DNA of 64,000 nucleotides from Podarcis pityusensis (taxonomy: Eukaryota). Location: assembly GCA_964106645.2 (NCBI GenBank), contig OZ067038.1; one strand, written 5' to 3'. The position numbers were made by a program, and so were the translations under genes. The notes beneath the pieces were generated by a model. It had not been told where the DNA came from. It was given only the letters and a program-made list of their open reading frames with translations, and ran no database searches. Of the stretch, positions 12,901 through 26,900 are shown in pieces (position 1 is the first letter of the stretch; the number at the start of each line of letters is the position of its first letter).

Positions 12901-15900
12901 ACTGCCAAGTGGTTCAGAGATGGAAAGGAGTTGACATTGGGACACAAATATAAAATCAGTGTTACCGATACAGTCTCTATGCTAAAGATTGTTTCTACAG
13001 AAAAGAAAGATAGCGGCGAATACACATTTGAGGTTTCAAATGATGTCGGAAGCAGCAGCTGTAAAGCTAGCATTAATGTCTTAGGTTCGTATTGTGTATC
13101 CCTCTTCTCTTGGAGGTGGGTGGGTGGGTGGGTGCTGGCCGCAACTGCAATTCTTTTTTTTCTTTTTATGCCAAAGACCAGCAAAGTGGCAGCCTAATCT
13201 AATATATATCTTTTTGGTTTGTCTTGGGTAGATCTGATCATACCGCCTAAATTCACCAAAAAGCTAAAGAAAATGGATAGCATTAAGGGCTCTTTTGTTC
13301 ACCTTGAGTGTATAGTGTCTGGTTCACATCCAATAAGTATTCAGTGGTACAAGGATGGCCAAGAGATAACTGCTAGCGAAAAGCACAAGTATTCTTTCCA
13401 TGACAACATGGCATTCTTGGAGATCAACCAGCTTGAAGGTGCAGATAGTGGCTCTTATACCTGCGAGGCAACAAATAAAGCTGGAAGCAACCAATGCAGT
13501 GCCCATTTAACCGTCAAAGGTTTGGACATCTTGTACTTTTTCTCCTAGGCGGCAGGCTTATTTGCCACGTTGCTTTGATTCTGGTTTTTGTTTATCGTTC
13601 CAAAATGAATGACCTCCCTCTTTTCCTGGTCTTTCTTCCCACTCTTTGTAGAACCCCCATGCTTTGTTGAAAAGCCACAGTCGCAAGATGTGGTACCAGC
13701 TGCCAGAGTCCAACTCAAAGCTCTCGTGAGCGGCACACCTCCCATACAAATAAAGTGGTTCAAAGATAGCAAAGAACTCCTTTCGGGAGCTTCTCGCTCA
13801 GTTTACAAAGATGACACTTCAAGCGTGCTGGAACTCTTTTCGGCCAAGACGTCTGATTCAGGGAACTATATCTGCCAATTAAGCAATGACGTCGGGACAA
13901 CAACCTGCAAGACAACTCTTTTTGTGAAAGGTCTGCACTTTTACATCCCGGGTTATCAGTTGTGATTTGCGCAGCTCAGTCCTATGCATGTCTACTTGAC
14001 TGTAAGTCCCACTGTGTTAGATGGGGATTACAGTAAGTATGTGCATAGGATTGCAATCTACCTTAGTTTTTTTGGTTGGTTTGTGTTTTTTAAAGCCAAT
14101 TACTATTTTCTAAATAATTATTTTAAATTTTATTTTAGAGCCCCCTAGGTTTCTTCAGAAGCCTAGCCCTGTAGTAGCTTTGAGAAAAGGACAGTCTACC
14201 ACTTTTGAATGCCAGGTAGCAGGTACACCAGAAATCCGTGTCCTTTGGTACCTTGATGGGAACGAAGTGCTGGACCATGCTAAATATGGAGTCTCGTTTG
14301 TAGACAACATGGCGACTTTTAAAGTTTCCAATGCTAAAGTGGAGGATAGCGGGACTTACATCTGCGAGGCCCGCAATGACGCAGGTAGTGAGAGTTGCAG
14401 CATTGAACTGAGAGTGAAAGGTTAGTTGCTAAGAATTCCTTTTATAGTTCCTTCAGCCATGCAGTTGGGTTCCTACCCTTATTTCTGAGGTTGCTTTGTT
14501 TTCTTCTACTACTTTAGAACCTCCCACATTTGTGAGGGAGCTAAAACCTGTGGAAGTAGTAAGAACCTACGATGCTCTGTTAGAATGTGAAGTCACAGGG
14601 ACTCCTCCGTTTGAAGTGACCTGGCTGAAGAACAACAACGAGATCCGAAGTAGCAAGAAATACACCATGACTGATCAGCAATCTGTTTTTGCCCTTCATA
14701 TCATGAACTGTGATGTTCAGGATGCTGGCGAATACCAGTGCATTATTTCAAATGAAGGGGGCAGCTGTTCCTGTAGCACAAAAGTCAGTTTGAAAGGTCA
14801 GTTCAGTAATCATAGTAGGGAAAAAGCCTAAGAAACATTCCGTTTGTTCTCTCACCTCCTTTAGCAAATTTTAAACCTTACCCAGGTTTCATTCCGGCTT
14901 TTTTATATTTTTAATAAACACAGAACCCCCATCCTTCATCAAGAAGTTAGAAAACGTCCACGCTGTTTTGAAGAGCTCTGCTGTATTTCAATGTACTGTG
15001 GCTGGTTCTCAGCCTTTAACAGTGTCTTGGATAAAAGACGAAAGAATCATCGAAAACGATGACAGCTTCCACATTACATTTGAAAACAATGTGGCGAGAC
15101 TGAAGATCAGGCATGTTGACCTCGGTCACAGTGGGAGATACACCTGTCAGGCAAAGAATGAGTCAGGAGTTGAGAAGTGTTTTGCTTTACTTTTAGTGCA
15201 AGGTTTGTGAGTTTTGATTCCTATTTTGATTCCTCAGTAAGCACCAGTCTTCTGCCGGTTACTCATCGGAAGACTTTAATATATTTGTGTTTTTATTCTT
15301 ACTCCAGAACCTGCTCAGATCATAGAAAAAGCTAAATCAATTAAAGTTACGGAGAAAGACCCAGTCACTCTAGAATGCACTGTGGCTGGAACACCAGAAC
15401 TTCAAGTAAAATGGTCCAAAGATGGCAAACAACTCATGCCCAGTAGATATTACACCATGAGCTTTGACAATAATGTGGCTAGGTTCAGGATTGAATCCAT
15501 TATGAAGGAGGACAGCGGCACATACACCTTTAAGGTCGAAAATGAGTTTGGAAGCAGCACCTGTGAGGCTACTTTGTCTGTACTAGGTTTGTATTTTGTT
15601 TGGTCAAAATGGAGCATGTTCTTTTTCAATCAACATTTTAATTGCCTGTGTATTTTTCATGAAGAAGAAAGAATAAAACAAGGAATCTGATGCTACTTGC
15701 CTTCTTCCCTCCCTTCTGGGCAGATCAAGCAATCCCTCCTTCGTTTACCAAAAAATTGCCAAAAATGGATAAAATTCTGGGATCATCTATTCATATGGAG
15801 TGCAAAGTCTCTGGCTCACTCCCAATTACTGCAAAATGGTTTAAAGATGGAAAAGAGATACCCGAGAGTGCAAAATACAGGCATCTGTGCCATGAGAACA

Positions 15901-18900
15901 CTGTATCGCTTGAGGTTAATTACCTAGAGTTGACAGATTCTGGAAATTATACTTGCAGCGTAACAAATGTTGCAGGAAGTGACTCATGTAGCGCCGTCTT
16001 AACTGTGAAAGGTTTGGATTTCTATCTTCTTTCTATACACTGTATTAAAATATAAATCTTTTTCAACTTCACATCATTATCTTAATATCTTTGAATGTAG
16101 ATCCCATTTAATGTTATCTATATGGAACCTTTCTTTTCTTATTAACTTTGACACATGTTTTATTTCTCTTTATTGGTTTGCTGTGGCTTGCCAGGCCATA
16201 TTTCTTGCTCCGGAACCTAATTAGTTTTCTTTTGTTTCTTAAAACCTTTAGAGCCACCAAGCTTCTTGGTAAAACCAGAAAGTCAATCAGCTATACCTGA
16301 TTCAACAGTGGAATTTAAGGCATCTTTAAAGGGAACACCGCCTTTTAAAATAAAGTGGTTTAAAGAAGATTTAGAACTTGTGTCTGGACCTAACTGTTTA
16401 TTTGGGATTGAAGGGTCAACTGGTTTCTTAAATCTTTATTCTGTGGATATATCAAAAAGTGGAAACTATACTTGCCAAGTTTCCAACGATGTTGGCAGTG
16501 ATTCTTGTACAACCACACTGAGCATAACAGGTGTGCTAATGTGTTCTGTGTTGCTCTTTTCTTAATTGTCTTCTGCAGTCTTTTGTGTAAATGTTTCTGA
16601 GTTACTTTTCTTCCTGCATTGCTAAAACTAGAAGTTAAGCGCCCTTTTAGATTTCTCTCCCCTCTTATTCTATATACCTTTCAACACAATCCCTCTTTTC
16701 TTCCAATTTACCTTGCTTTCATTTTTCTTCCGTTTCCCAGAACCTCCAAAGTTCATTAAGAAGCTAGACCCGTCTAAAGTGATTAAACAGGGCGACTCCA
16801 CACGACTTGAATGTAAAATCAGTGGCTCTCCGGAAATCAAAGTGGTATGGTACAGAAATGACACTGAAGTCCATGCTAGCGAAAAATTCCAGATGTCATT
16901 CACAGATTCTGTGGCAGTCATTGAAATGAGGCATCTTGGTGCAGACGATAGTGGAGATTACATATGTGAAGCACAGAACCCTGCTGGCAGGGCAAGCTGC
17001 AGTACTAAACTCCTAGTCAAAGGTTAGCAAACATGCCTTGGCGGACTTCCTTCTCTTTGACTAACTGTCTCTAAAAAGATTGAGATTAGCTCATTCTGAT
17101 TCTTGTATGGCTAAGCTAACTGTTAGATTGCTATAACTGCCCATTGTGGACAGGGTCCTATTTCTCATCTAATTAGCCTCCAGGTTAATTTTAAACAAGT
17201 ATTCTCTAACCTGTGGCTTTCACTCTTTCCTTCAAGAATGTTCAAAGGGATGTGGTGTGTTTACTATTATTTATTTAGGTTATTTAATTATTACAATATT
17301 TGTATGCCACTATTAAACCAAAAAACCAAAGTGGTCTACAACAACCACATAGTAAAAACTTCATTTTTTAAAAAAAAACAAAACCCAGAGATAATCAATT
17401 AGCTATTACAGAAAGATGTTTTCTTAATTACCCGCATAAGCTTGGTGGCAATTATAACCCACTCTTCATTAACGTCAATGAGTGGGGTATTTAAATCAAG
17501 GCTGCAACCATCAGTCAATCAAATATGCACCACAACACTGAGAGGGTGACAAAACTCCTCCTCCAGTCAACTAATCAAATGCTTGAGTTGGCGTCCACTG
17601 AATCTGCAAGAGGCAGCAGTGACCATCACAGCTCTCTGCCTCTTACAGAAAGGATAAGTAATCAGTCAGTTGGACAACATTCCATGTGAAAGGAGGAGAA
17701 AAGGGTTGTTAAATGCATTCCTGCACTCACCCTTTTGGCTCAGCATTCTAGGATGGTCATTGCTTTTATTACTGAAATGACCAATTACCCTATTCCGGGT
17801 GGGCAACAGTTGCAGCCTCTTGCGGGCTGGCTGGCTGCCAGCCATTCCCAAGTGCTGGGATTTGCGTGCACACTGAAGATCATTCGGCCAGCCGCATTGC
17901 AGGGCGGGATTGCCCACCAAATACACTAAACTGCCCAATCATGGGCATCTTAGTCGGTGGAGCTTTGCTGGCAGACTGGGACATGCATGTTTCCATTCCA
18001 GTCCGTTGGCTACCCTTAAAAACCAGCTGTGAAAAGAAAAGGTGCTTCTTCAGCTGCATGCATGCCTTGGCAGTGGAACAGATACATATATGGCAATTCT
18101 CACATTATATTCATATTAAACTAGCAACATATATATTGAGGTAACTTTCTTTAAATGATGCCTGATTCTTCCTTTCATCCTAGAACCACCCATCTTTAGC
18201 AGGAAGCCGTCTCCAGTAGATACACTCAAGGGTACTGAGGTTAGCCTTGAATGTGAGATTTCTGGGACACCACCTTTTGATATTACGTGGTATAAGGATA
18301 AGAGGCAAATCCGTAGCAGTAAAAAGTACAAAGTCGCATCCAAAAACTACCATGCAAGTGTTCACATTCTGAATATTGAAGTATCTGACATTGGTGAATA
18401 CCAGTGCAAAGCTCAGAACGATGTCGGAAGCGACACTTGCGTTTGTATGGTAAAACTTAAAGGTAGGTATTATTTGAGGAAATACGGTGTGCAATCATCA
18501 TTGTCTTTATAAAAATGCACAATTCTTGTTGGAACTCTTGATGCCCATTGGCTCTTTCCTCTTCAGAACCACCAAAATTCGTGACCAAAATTAACAACCT
18601 TACTGTTGTGGTGGGTGAACCAGTAGAGTTGCAGGCCACCTTGGAAGGCTCTCAGCCGATTTCGGTGACGTGGCTCAAGGACAAAGAAGAGGTCATCAGA
18701 GAAAGTGCTAACAGGACAATAACATACGTGGAAAATGTTGCCACTTTGCAGCTTGCCAAAGCAGAACCAGCAAGCGCTGGGAAGTATATCTGTCAAATCA
18801 GTAACGATGCTGGAACCCGGGAGTGCATAGCAACTTTAACCGTTCTAGGTTGGTAATGACACAAACTTAGCTTTTTATTTTCTTTAAAAGAGAGAGAGAG

Positions 18901-21900
18901 AGTTACTTTTAAAAGATGGGAAGGCTAAATAACATTCAGAGCCTTGAGGTTGTGAGGGGGGGCATGTCATCAGTGTACATGGTGCATTACAGAGTATTGG
19001 AGAACAGGTTCTGAAGCAAAATGTTCAGGTAACCCATTGGGGGCTTTGTACTGCTCTGCTCCTATTGGTTGGGCAGTCAGCTCCTCTTCTCTGGAAGACA
19101 GATAAGTGGCATGGTGGTGTTTACAGTGTTTCTCAATTCTAGAAAAGAAAAGCCATTAATAGCTTTGTAGTGGCTCCTTTCCAAAGCAGAAAACTGTGGC
19201 TTTAGAGAAGTGATTTCTGTAATTGCAGTATTAAGCCATGTGGCTAAGGAGACAGTGATATTCACAGGTAGATATTGCTTGAATCTCTTTCCAGAGCCAG
19301 CTGTCATCACTGAGAAGGCAGAACCAATGAAAGTCACCGTCGGAGACATTTGTACCCTAGAGTGCAAAGTGGGTGGAACACCAGAACTTTCAATAGGCTG
19401 GTTTAAGGATGGAAAAGAATTAACCACTAGCAACAAATACAAAATTACCTTCTACAACAAAGTGTCCACACTTAAAATTATTGATTCAGAAATGGAAGAC
19501 AGTGGCTTATACACTTTCGAGGTGCAGAACAATGTTGGCAAAAGCAGCTGCACAGCTTCCGTTGATGTTCTGGGTCAGTTCTGTTGCTTCTCTTCATTGT
19601 ATTCCCACCAGAAAATGGTTCTCCTTTGTGGGGTCCTCATTTTCTTTTGTTTACCTCCTCTTACACAGATCGGATTATTCCACCTTCTTTCACAAGAAAA
19701 CTTAAAGAAACTCATGGTGTACTGGCTTCTTCAGTGATTCTTGAGTGCAAAGTGGCTGGCTCCCTTCCCATTACAGTCGCTTGGTTCCATAATGGACATA
19801 AAATCACCAGTGGGGAAAAACATCAAATCTCATTTTCAGACCATGTTTGCAGTTTGCAGATTGGTTCACTGAACTCATCTGATACAGGAACTTATGCATG
19901 TAAAGCTGCTAATGTGGCAGGCTCTGATGAAACCAAGGCTGCTTTGATTGTACAAGGTCAGTATTCAATAAGTGGCTAACACTTTGCAGAAATCTTCCAT
20001 AATCTTTATTCTTGCAAAATTGCATTCTCTTGGTGCCGTGATTTGAGGAAATTTTTATTTTCACTTTATGATTCCTTCATTATCGACTGATCTGTTGTCA
20101 CTTTCAATGCTTCTTTAGAACCACCCTCTTTTGAGAAGGTACCTGAATCTGTGGATATTTTACCAGGCAAAAGTGTTACATTTTCTGCTGTTATTAGAGG
20201 AACACCACCATTTAAGGTGAGGTGGTTTAGAGGCGTCAATGAACTCGTACCAAGTGATAAATGTAACATCTACTTGGAAGATTCGGTCACAGACCTGGAG
20301 CTGTTTGATGTAGAGCCACAACAGAGTGGAGAATATACTTGTGTTGTGACTAATGAGGCTGGCAAAGTGTCTTGTACGGCACATCTTTCTGTAAAAGGTT
20401 GGTATAGGTTGCACTTTTTCGGTTTGGATTGTTTAGGTGTTTGTGCAGCGTTGATGCCAATACTTGACTTCTTATTGCTCACCAGAACCAGCCGTTTTTG
20501 TGAAGAAGCTCAGCGACCATTGTGTGGAGCCAGGCAAATCCATAATTCTAGAGAGCAGGTACACTGGTAGCCTTCCGATTTCAGTGACATGGAAGAAGAA
20601 TGGCGTAACTTTAGGCCAGTCCGAAAAATGCAGCATCACCACAACAGAGAAGTCATGCATTCTGGAAATTCTTAACAGTACAAAGGATGATCAAGGAGAA
20701 TACACATGTATGGTTGAGAATGAGGCTGGAGAAGATATCTGTGAAGCACTGGTATCCACTTTAGGTCTGTCTTTAGCGCCTTCTTAATAATATTTTTTTA
20801 TTTAAAAACCTCATTGTTTCTTCATTGTAGCATTCAGGTGCCATTATCCTAATGCTGACTCTTTGTGTCCCCAGAACCTCCTTCTTTCGTCACTCACTTG
20901 GGACCTCTTGAGGTGTCAGTTGGAGACTATACCACTTTGCAATGCCAAGTTACTGGGACCCCAGAAATTACAATATCTTGGTTCAAAGGAGATACAAAAT
21001 TAAGATCTACTCCTGAGTATAAGATGTACTTCAAAGATAATGTTGCTACACTTATTTTTAACAAAGTGGATGCCAGTGACAGTGGGGAATATATTTGCAA
21101 AGCAGAAAACAGTGTCGGAACGGCCTCTTCAAAGGCTGTCTTAGCAGTTCAAGGTGATTATTTTATTTGGGATTGGTTAAAAACTCATACTTACAGATCT
21201 TTCACTCTTTAAAAAACCTTTTCACCTGTCCAGATGCCTGCATAAGCCGTATGTTTATTGCATGCTTCTTTTCTTGCAGAGCGAAAACGTCCACCTTCTT
21301 TTGCAAGGAAATTAAAGGATACAGAGCAAACCGTTGGCTTCCCAATCAAATTAGTTTGCCGTCTAAATGGGTCAGAGCCTATAAGTGTTACATGGTATAA
21401 GGATGGTGTGCCTTTAAGAGATGACTTTAATGTGCAGGCCTCTTACATAGATAACGTGGCAACTCTTCAGCTGTTGCAAACTGAGATGAGTCACACTGGG
21501 CAATATTCTTGCACAGCGACCAATCCTGTAGGAACTGCTACATCTAGTGCTAGGCTCACAGTCTCAGGTTAGTTTCATACCGACTCTCTTGTTTTCATCT
21601 GTTACATTCAACCACTCTTCCTAACCTCTAAAAAGATTTTACAGTATTTAGCTTTACCGCGTCCGAAAGAAATCCAATCGTTCCTCTTCATTTTATTCCC
21701 CAGAACGCAAACAAGCTCCCTCCTTTGATATCACACCCGAGTCCAAAGATCTTCCTGTTGGAGAAAGTGCTGACTTTGAGTGTCATGTTACTGGAGCCCA
21801 ACCTATACATGTAACGTGGGCTAAAGATGGCCGCGAGATCCGTACAGGAGGAAACTATGCTATTACCTTTGTAGCAAATACAGCCCATTTGAGAATTCTG

Positions 21901-23930
21901 AGAGTAGGCAAAGGAGACAGCGGACAGTATACTTGCCAAGCTAGCAATGATGTTGGGAAAGACTTTTGCTCGGCTCAACTTAATGTGAAAGGTATTTGAA
22001 TTTAAGTTGACTGATCTTTTATGCAGAAAAGGGATTTTCTTGGGATTTCTTTTCCACAGAATTCTTTGTTTCTAAAAAGAAAAAGGCAGACCTCTTTCAA
22101 ATTAACAAAAATTCATAGGAAACTATCTGTAAGTATTTAAGATCCAAACTATTTTCTTCTCCTTACTGTGTCTTGAAACCCAAGTAGAGCAAAAGAATAA
22201 TGTTTGCGCTCATAGAAATGTGATGGATTCTTATGACAAATTACACGCGCCGGTTGTGATTTACAGATACCCACGCTAAATGTAGCTTTTATAGCATTCT
22301 TTGGTTTTTGCCGTTGTAAAAGTCAAGGCGGATTTGATTCATTTACAGTTTATGTATAATTTACATTCTAAAAAATAGTTGCATGGGAAAATATATATAG
22401 ATAGCTTGATCCATTAGCAGGGATTTACCAAGAGTTTTGCACACCTCTCCAGTAGATGTCGACAAGTTGAAAGGGGAGTGGGGAAATAGCAATTGGCCTC
22501 TGCACTCGTGCACCTGTCAGGGATGTCATCTTAGCATCCCACCCCCAGGCTGAAATTTTGAGAGGGCTTTGAGTGCCAGTCAGCAAACAGATGAGATGGA
22601 AGCAGATGGAACGCCTGGGGACAGATAGGCTCCTTCCTCCCCTCCTCCAGATTATTGTACCTGGGAGAGGCTTATCTCATAAGTATTGCTTCTCAAAATA
22701 TCCATCTGTTTTGGGGAGCACAGGTGCAGGAGAAGAGTTCTCCTATGTTGAGTCTGGGTGCTAATTTCCCACCAATCTCCCTTCTTTGTAGTGGACTGGC
22801 GTTAAGGGAGGCATGAGGAAACAAAGGCTGTATTTTGCTGTGTTTACTGTTCAGTGAATCAGTGCCATGGCTTATTTCAGCAGAAATGTCAGAATTTTTG
22901 CAGTTGTTTTTTTTTTTTTATGGAGGTTTCTCATACACTTACTAATTTTTGTTGTTATCCTTCTTGATAATACCATATTATGATTTCCACTGCAATTTTT
23001 TTTTATTTATTTTTTATTTTTTGCATGTTCTTAATTGTTCTTATTCCTCTCCATATTGAATGCTACTTTCCTTCCGGCTTCTCAGAACCTCCTAAATTTG
23101 TGAAGAAACTGGAACCATCAAGAATGCTGAAACAGGGCGATTCATGTCAACTTGAATGCAAGATCAGTGGTTCCCCAGAAATCAGAGTTGTGTGGTACAA
23201 GAATGACCACGAAATCCATGCTAGCGACAAGCACCGTATGGCATTTAGTGACGGCACAGCAGTGCTGATCATTGTTGATGCTACCCATGAAGACAGTGGA
23301 GATTACATTTGTGAAGCTCTTAATTCTGCTGGCACCGCAAGCTGCAGTACAACAGTCACAGTGAAAGGTTAGAAGCCAATGTCTACTCTGACTTCCTCCA
23401 CTCTACCCAACCCTTAGGAGCACTGGAAGGTGTTTTGTTTTTTTCCCATCATACGGAGTCAGACCATTGGTCCATCTACCTCAGTGTTATCTTCACTGAC
23501 TGACAGTGGCTCTCCAGGATTTCAGTCAGGACTCTCTCCCGGCCCTACCTGCAGATGCTGGGGAGTTGAACCTGAGGTCCTCTTCATTCAGAGCAGATGC
23601 TCTACCAGTGAGCTGCAGGCATTCCCCTACTTTACCCTTAAATGGTTGGATGATAATGCTATAATGCTGGGGACGCATAGTCAAAAGTACTGACAAAGGA
23701 CTGAGATGTTTGAAATCCAAAGACTCCTCGACTGTAGTGAAAATGGTGGCAGTGCTGATGAGGAGGTCAGGCACATTATGCAAATAGATATAGTAAAGCA
23801 GTCTTGAAAATTTTAAGAGCAGGAGAAGCAGTCTTAGAGGATCAGTGGCCCCTCTAGCCTTTACCTATCACTGGCCTGTGTCAGAAATTACAGAACTGTG
23901 AAGTAGCACAGGAAGGAAAAGAGTAAAATC

Positions 23931-23972
<42 letters not shown>

Positions 23973-26900
23973 CAGTGCTTTTTTTCTGGGGAGATGCAAG
24001 GGTACACATACCCCTAAACATTTTGTAAATCTAAGTTTGGCCTCATTGAGGGGCAGTATTTCAATATGAGTAGGAAAATGAGAGTACCCCTAAGCATTTT
24101 TTTTAGGAAAAAAGGCACTTGTTATTATCAGTATTCCCTGCCTGTTTCCTTGACTGGACTTAAGGTGGCTTACAGATAAAAATAAGAACCACTACCAACA
24201 CAGAAAAACAATCATTAAAAAGCAATTAAACATTGACAGAATTATAGCTATATACATATCTAAACATCTGTTAAACCTATACCAATAATTACCATAAAAA
24301 CAACACAGCACCAGCCCTTTCACTAAAAGCAGTCAGTTCCCAAAATCCTGTTGGAACAAGAAAGTCTTCACCTGCTGGCTGAAAGACAAGAAGCAGGAAG
24401 CCAGCCTAGCTTCTCTAGGGAGGGAGTTCCAAAAAAAGTCTGGGAGCAGCCACCGAGAAGGCCCTCTATTCCCTGAAAATTCAGTTTACAGGCAGTGAAA
24501 GGTTTAAAGATAACCTATGCCTCAGTTAGGATATACTCCTTGAGCATCTGATTAATAGCTAGGAAGTTGACAAGAAGAGGCAACAGGTGAACGGATCAAA
24601 GAAGTGGGTGATAATGCAAGATATAAGGTTACAGGAGTAGGAGGACCAGTTTTCTCTTGTGTGTGCCAGCTACACAATCTGCCAGGTGATCGTCTGTTAC
24701 TTCCTAGCAACACTCTATAGTTAGATAAGACATAAGATGTGAATTGCAGTTGCAGGGGACAGTGGGGAAAGAGTTACAGGATTTCTTCTATTTAAAAATA
24801 AAATAAAATACAGTACTTATAGGGATAAGGAGGAGGACCGTAAGAAAATAAACCTTTGGCCATGGAAGGTTTAGAGCATGTGTTTGAGGGTGTCAGTTTG
24901 AGAATAGCAGATGTGGGAGTGGAAAACGTTATGCGGAGGTACACACCCATGCTTATTAACTGCATTTATTTGGAAAACTCAGTGCCACATGCAACAGGAA
25001 TTTGTGGGGGGGATGACAAAGTTTCCAAGCAAGACTTTGCAGCTTTAGAAATAGAAATGACCTAAAATTGACCTGCTATGCACTTGGGAGAACTAGAGAA
25101 AGAATCTTCTTAGGCACCTAAATGGGGATTTACAAGCATACCTTCTGCCTTCTGTTTCTGGATGTCTTGCCCCTGTTAGCAAGAAACCCCTCCCAGGAGT
25201 CCCGTTACATGTCCTCGTCTCCTTTCTTTTATAGAACCTCCCGTTTTTAGCAAGAAACCCAGCCCCATAGACACACTCAAGGGCTCCGATGTCACCCTTC
25301 AGTGTGAAATAGCAGGCACACCGCCATTCGAAGTCGTCTGGTTCAAGGACAGAAAGCAAGTCAGGAGCAGCAAGAAGTTCAAAGTGACAACCAAGAACTT
25401 CAGTGCCAGCGTCCACATTCTCAACCTCGAAGCGGCAGACCTTGGGGAATATCAGTGCAAAGCCACAAATGAGGTCGGAAGCGACACTTGCTCTTGTGCT
25501 GTGAAGTTCAAAGGTTAGTAATGAGTGCAACTGCGGTGCAAAGTCTGCGGGCACGCTTTCCTTTGCCTTTCTTTTGCGGCTTCCTTGCCACCTTCCTCTT
25601 ACCGTAAGGAATTCTCTTCCCTGCCAGAACCTCCTCGGTTTGTTAAGAAGCTGAGCGAAACCTCCACCTATGCCGGGGAACCCACAGCACTGCGGGCCGT
25701 AGTAGAAGGCTCCCAACCCATTTCCGTCGTTTGGCTTAAGGACAAAGGCGAAATAATACGGGAAAGCGAAAACCTCAAGATTTCCTTTTCGGATAACATC
25801 GCAACTCTTCAGATTGCAAGTGCCGAAGCCACCAACAGCGGGAAGTACATCTGCCAGATTAAAAATGATGCTGGAATGAGAGAATGCGCAGGGCATTTAC
25901 AAGTTCTAGGTTGGTACAGGCACCCATCCCCTTCTAAAGAATTGAATCTTGGCTGCCTTGGCCATTGCAGCTAATTTGCTTCTTAAGTCTTGGTTTTCTC
26001 GAAACTCAAGTTTTCTGGATTGTCTCCCTCATTCCAGAGCCGGCTGTGATTTTAGAGAAGCCCGAGCCCATGACGGTGACCTCTGGCAATGCTTTTACTC
26101 TGGAGTGCACAGTGGGTGGCACTCCAGAGCTAATTACCAAGTGGTTTAAGGACGGAAGAGAACTCACCAACAGCCGCAAGCACCAAATCAGCTTTTCCAA
26201 CAAGGTGGCGACACTTAAAGTTCTCTCCGCAGACATGAATGACAGGGGATTGTACACTTTTGAAGTACACAATGAAGTGGGGAAAAGCAGCTGCACTTCC
26301 TCCGTCGACATTTCAGGTTAGCTTGGGATCTTTTTCGTTTCTCACTTGCCCTTCTCTTCTGTCGTTTCTCTTCTTAAAAGTTGGCTCTTTGTTGCCTTTT
26401 CCTACCCAGACCACGTCGTCCCTCCTTCTTTTATAAGAAGATTGAAAGAAACCTTTGGCGTGCAGGGCTCCTCGGTTGTTTTGGAGTGTAAAGTTGCCGG
26501 CTCCCTTCCTATTTCAGTCACTTGGTTTTATGGAGGAAATGAAATTTTCCCAGGGGACAAATACGAAACCGGCTTTTCAGATAATGTCTGTGCTTTGAAG
26601 GTGAATGCTCTGGACTCGTCTGATACAGGTCCCTACACCTGTGCTGCCCAGAATGTAGCTGGTTCTGACGAATGCAGTGCCTTTTTGACAGTGCAAGGTC
26701 AGTAAAGGATAGACAAGGTATCCGTTGCAAATCTTTCCCGTGCGTGTTTATCTTGCTTTCTTGACAGCCTGTTTTATACAGATGTTAGCTACCTGGCACA
26801 TTTGCGTTAACTTTTTAAATGTTGTGTGTAATTCTAGAACCACCCTCTTTTGCAAAGACGCCAGACCCGCTGGAGGTTTTACCTGGAATGAGTGTAACGT

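Noticed and set aside
25093-25896. 267-aa antisense ORF spanning two exons and an intron
   Set aside because: Explained by GC-rich codons opposite exons 81-82; no recognisable domain.
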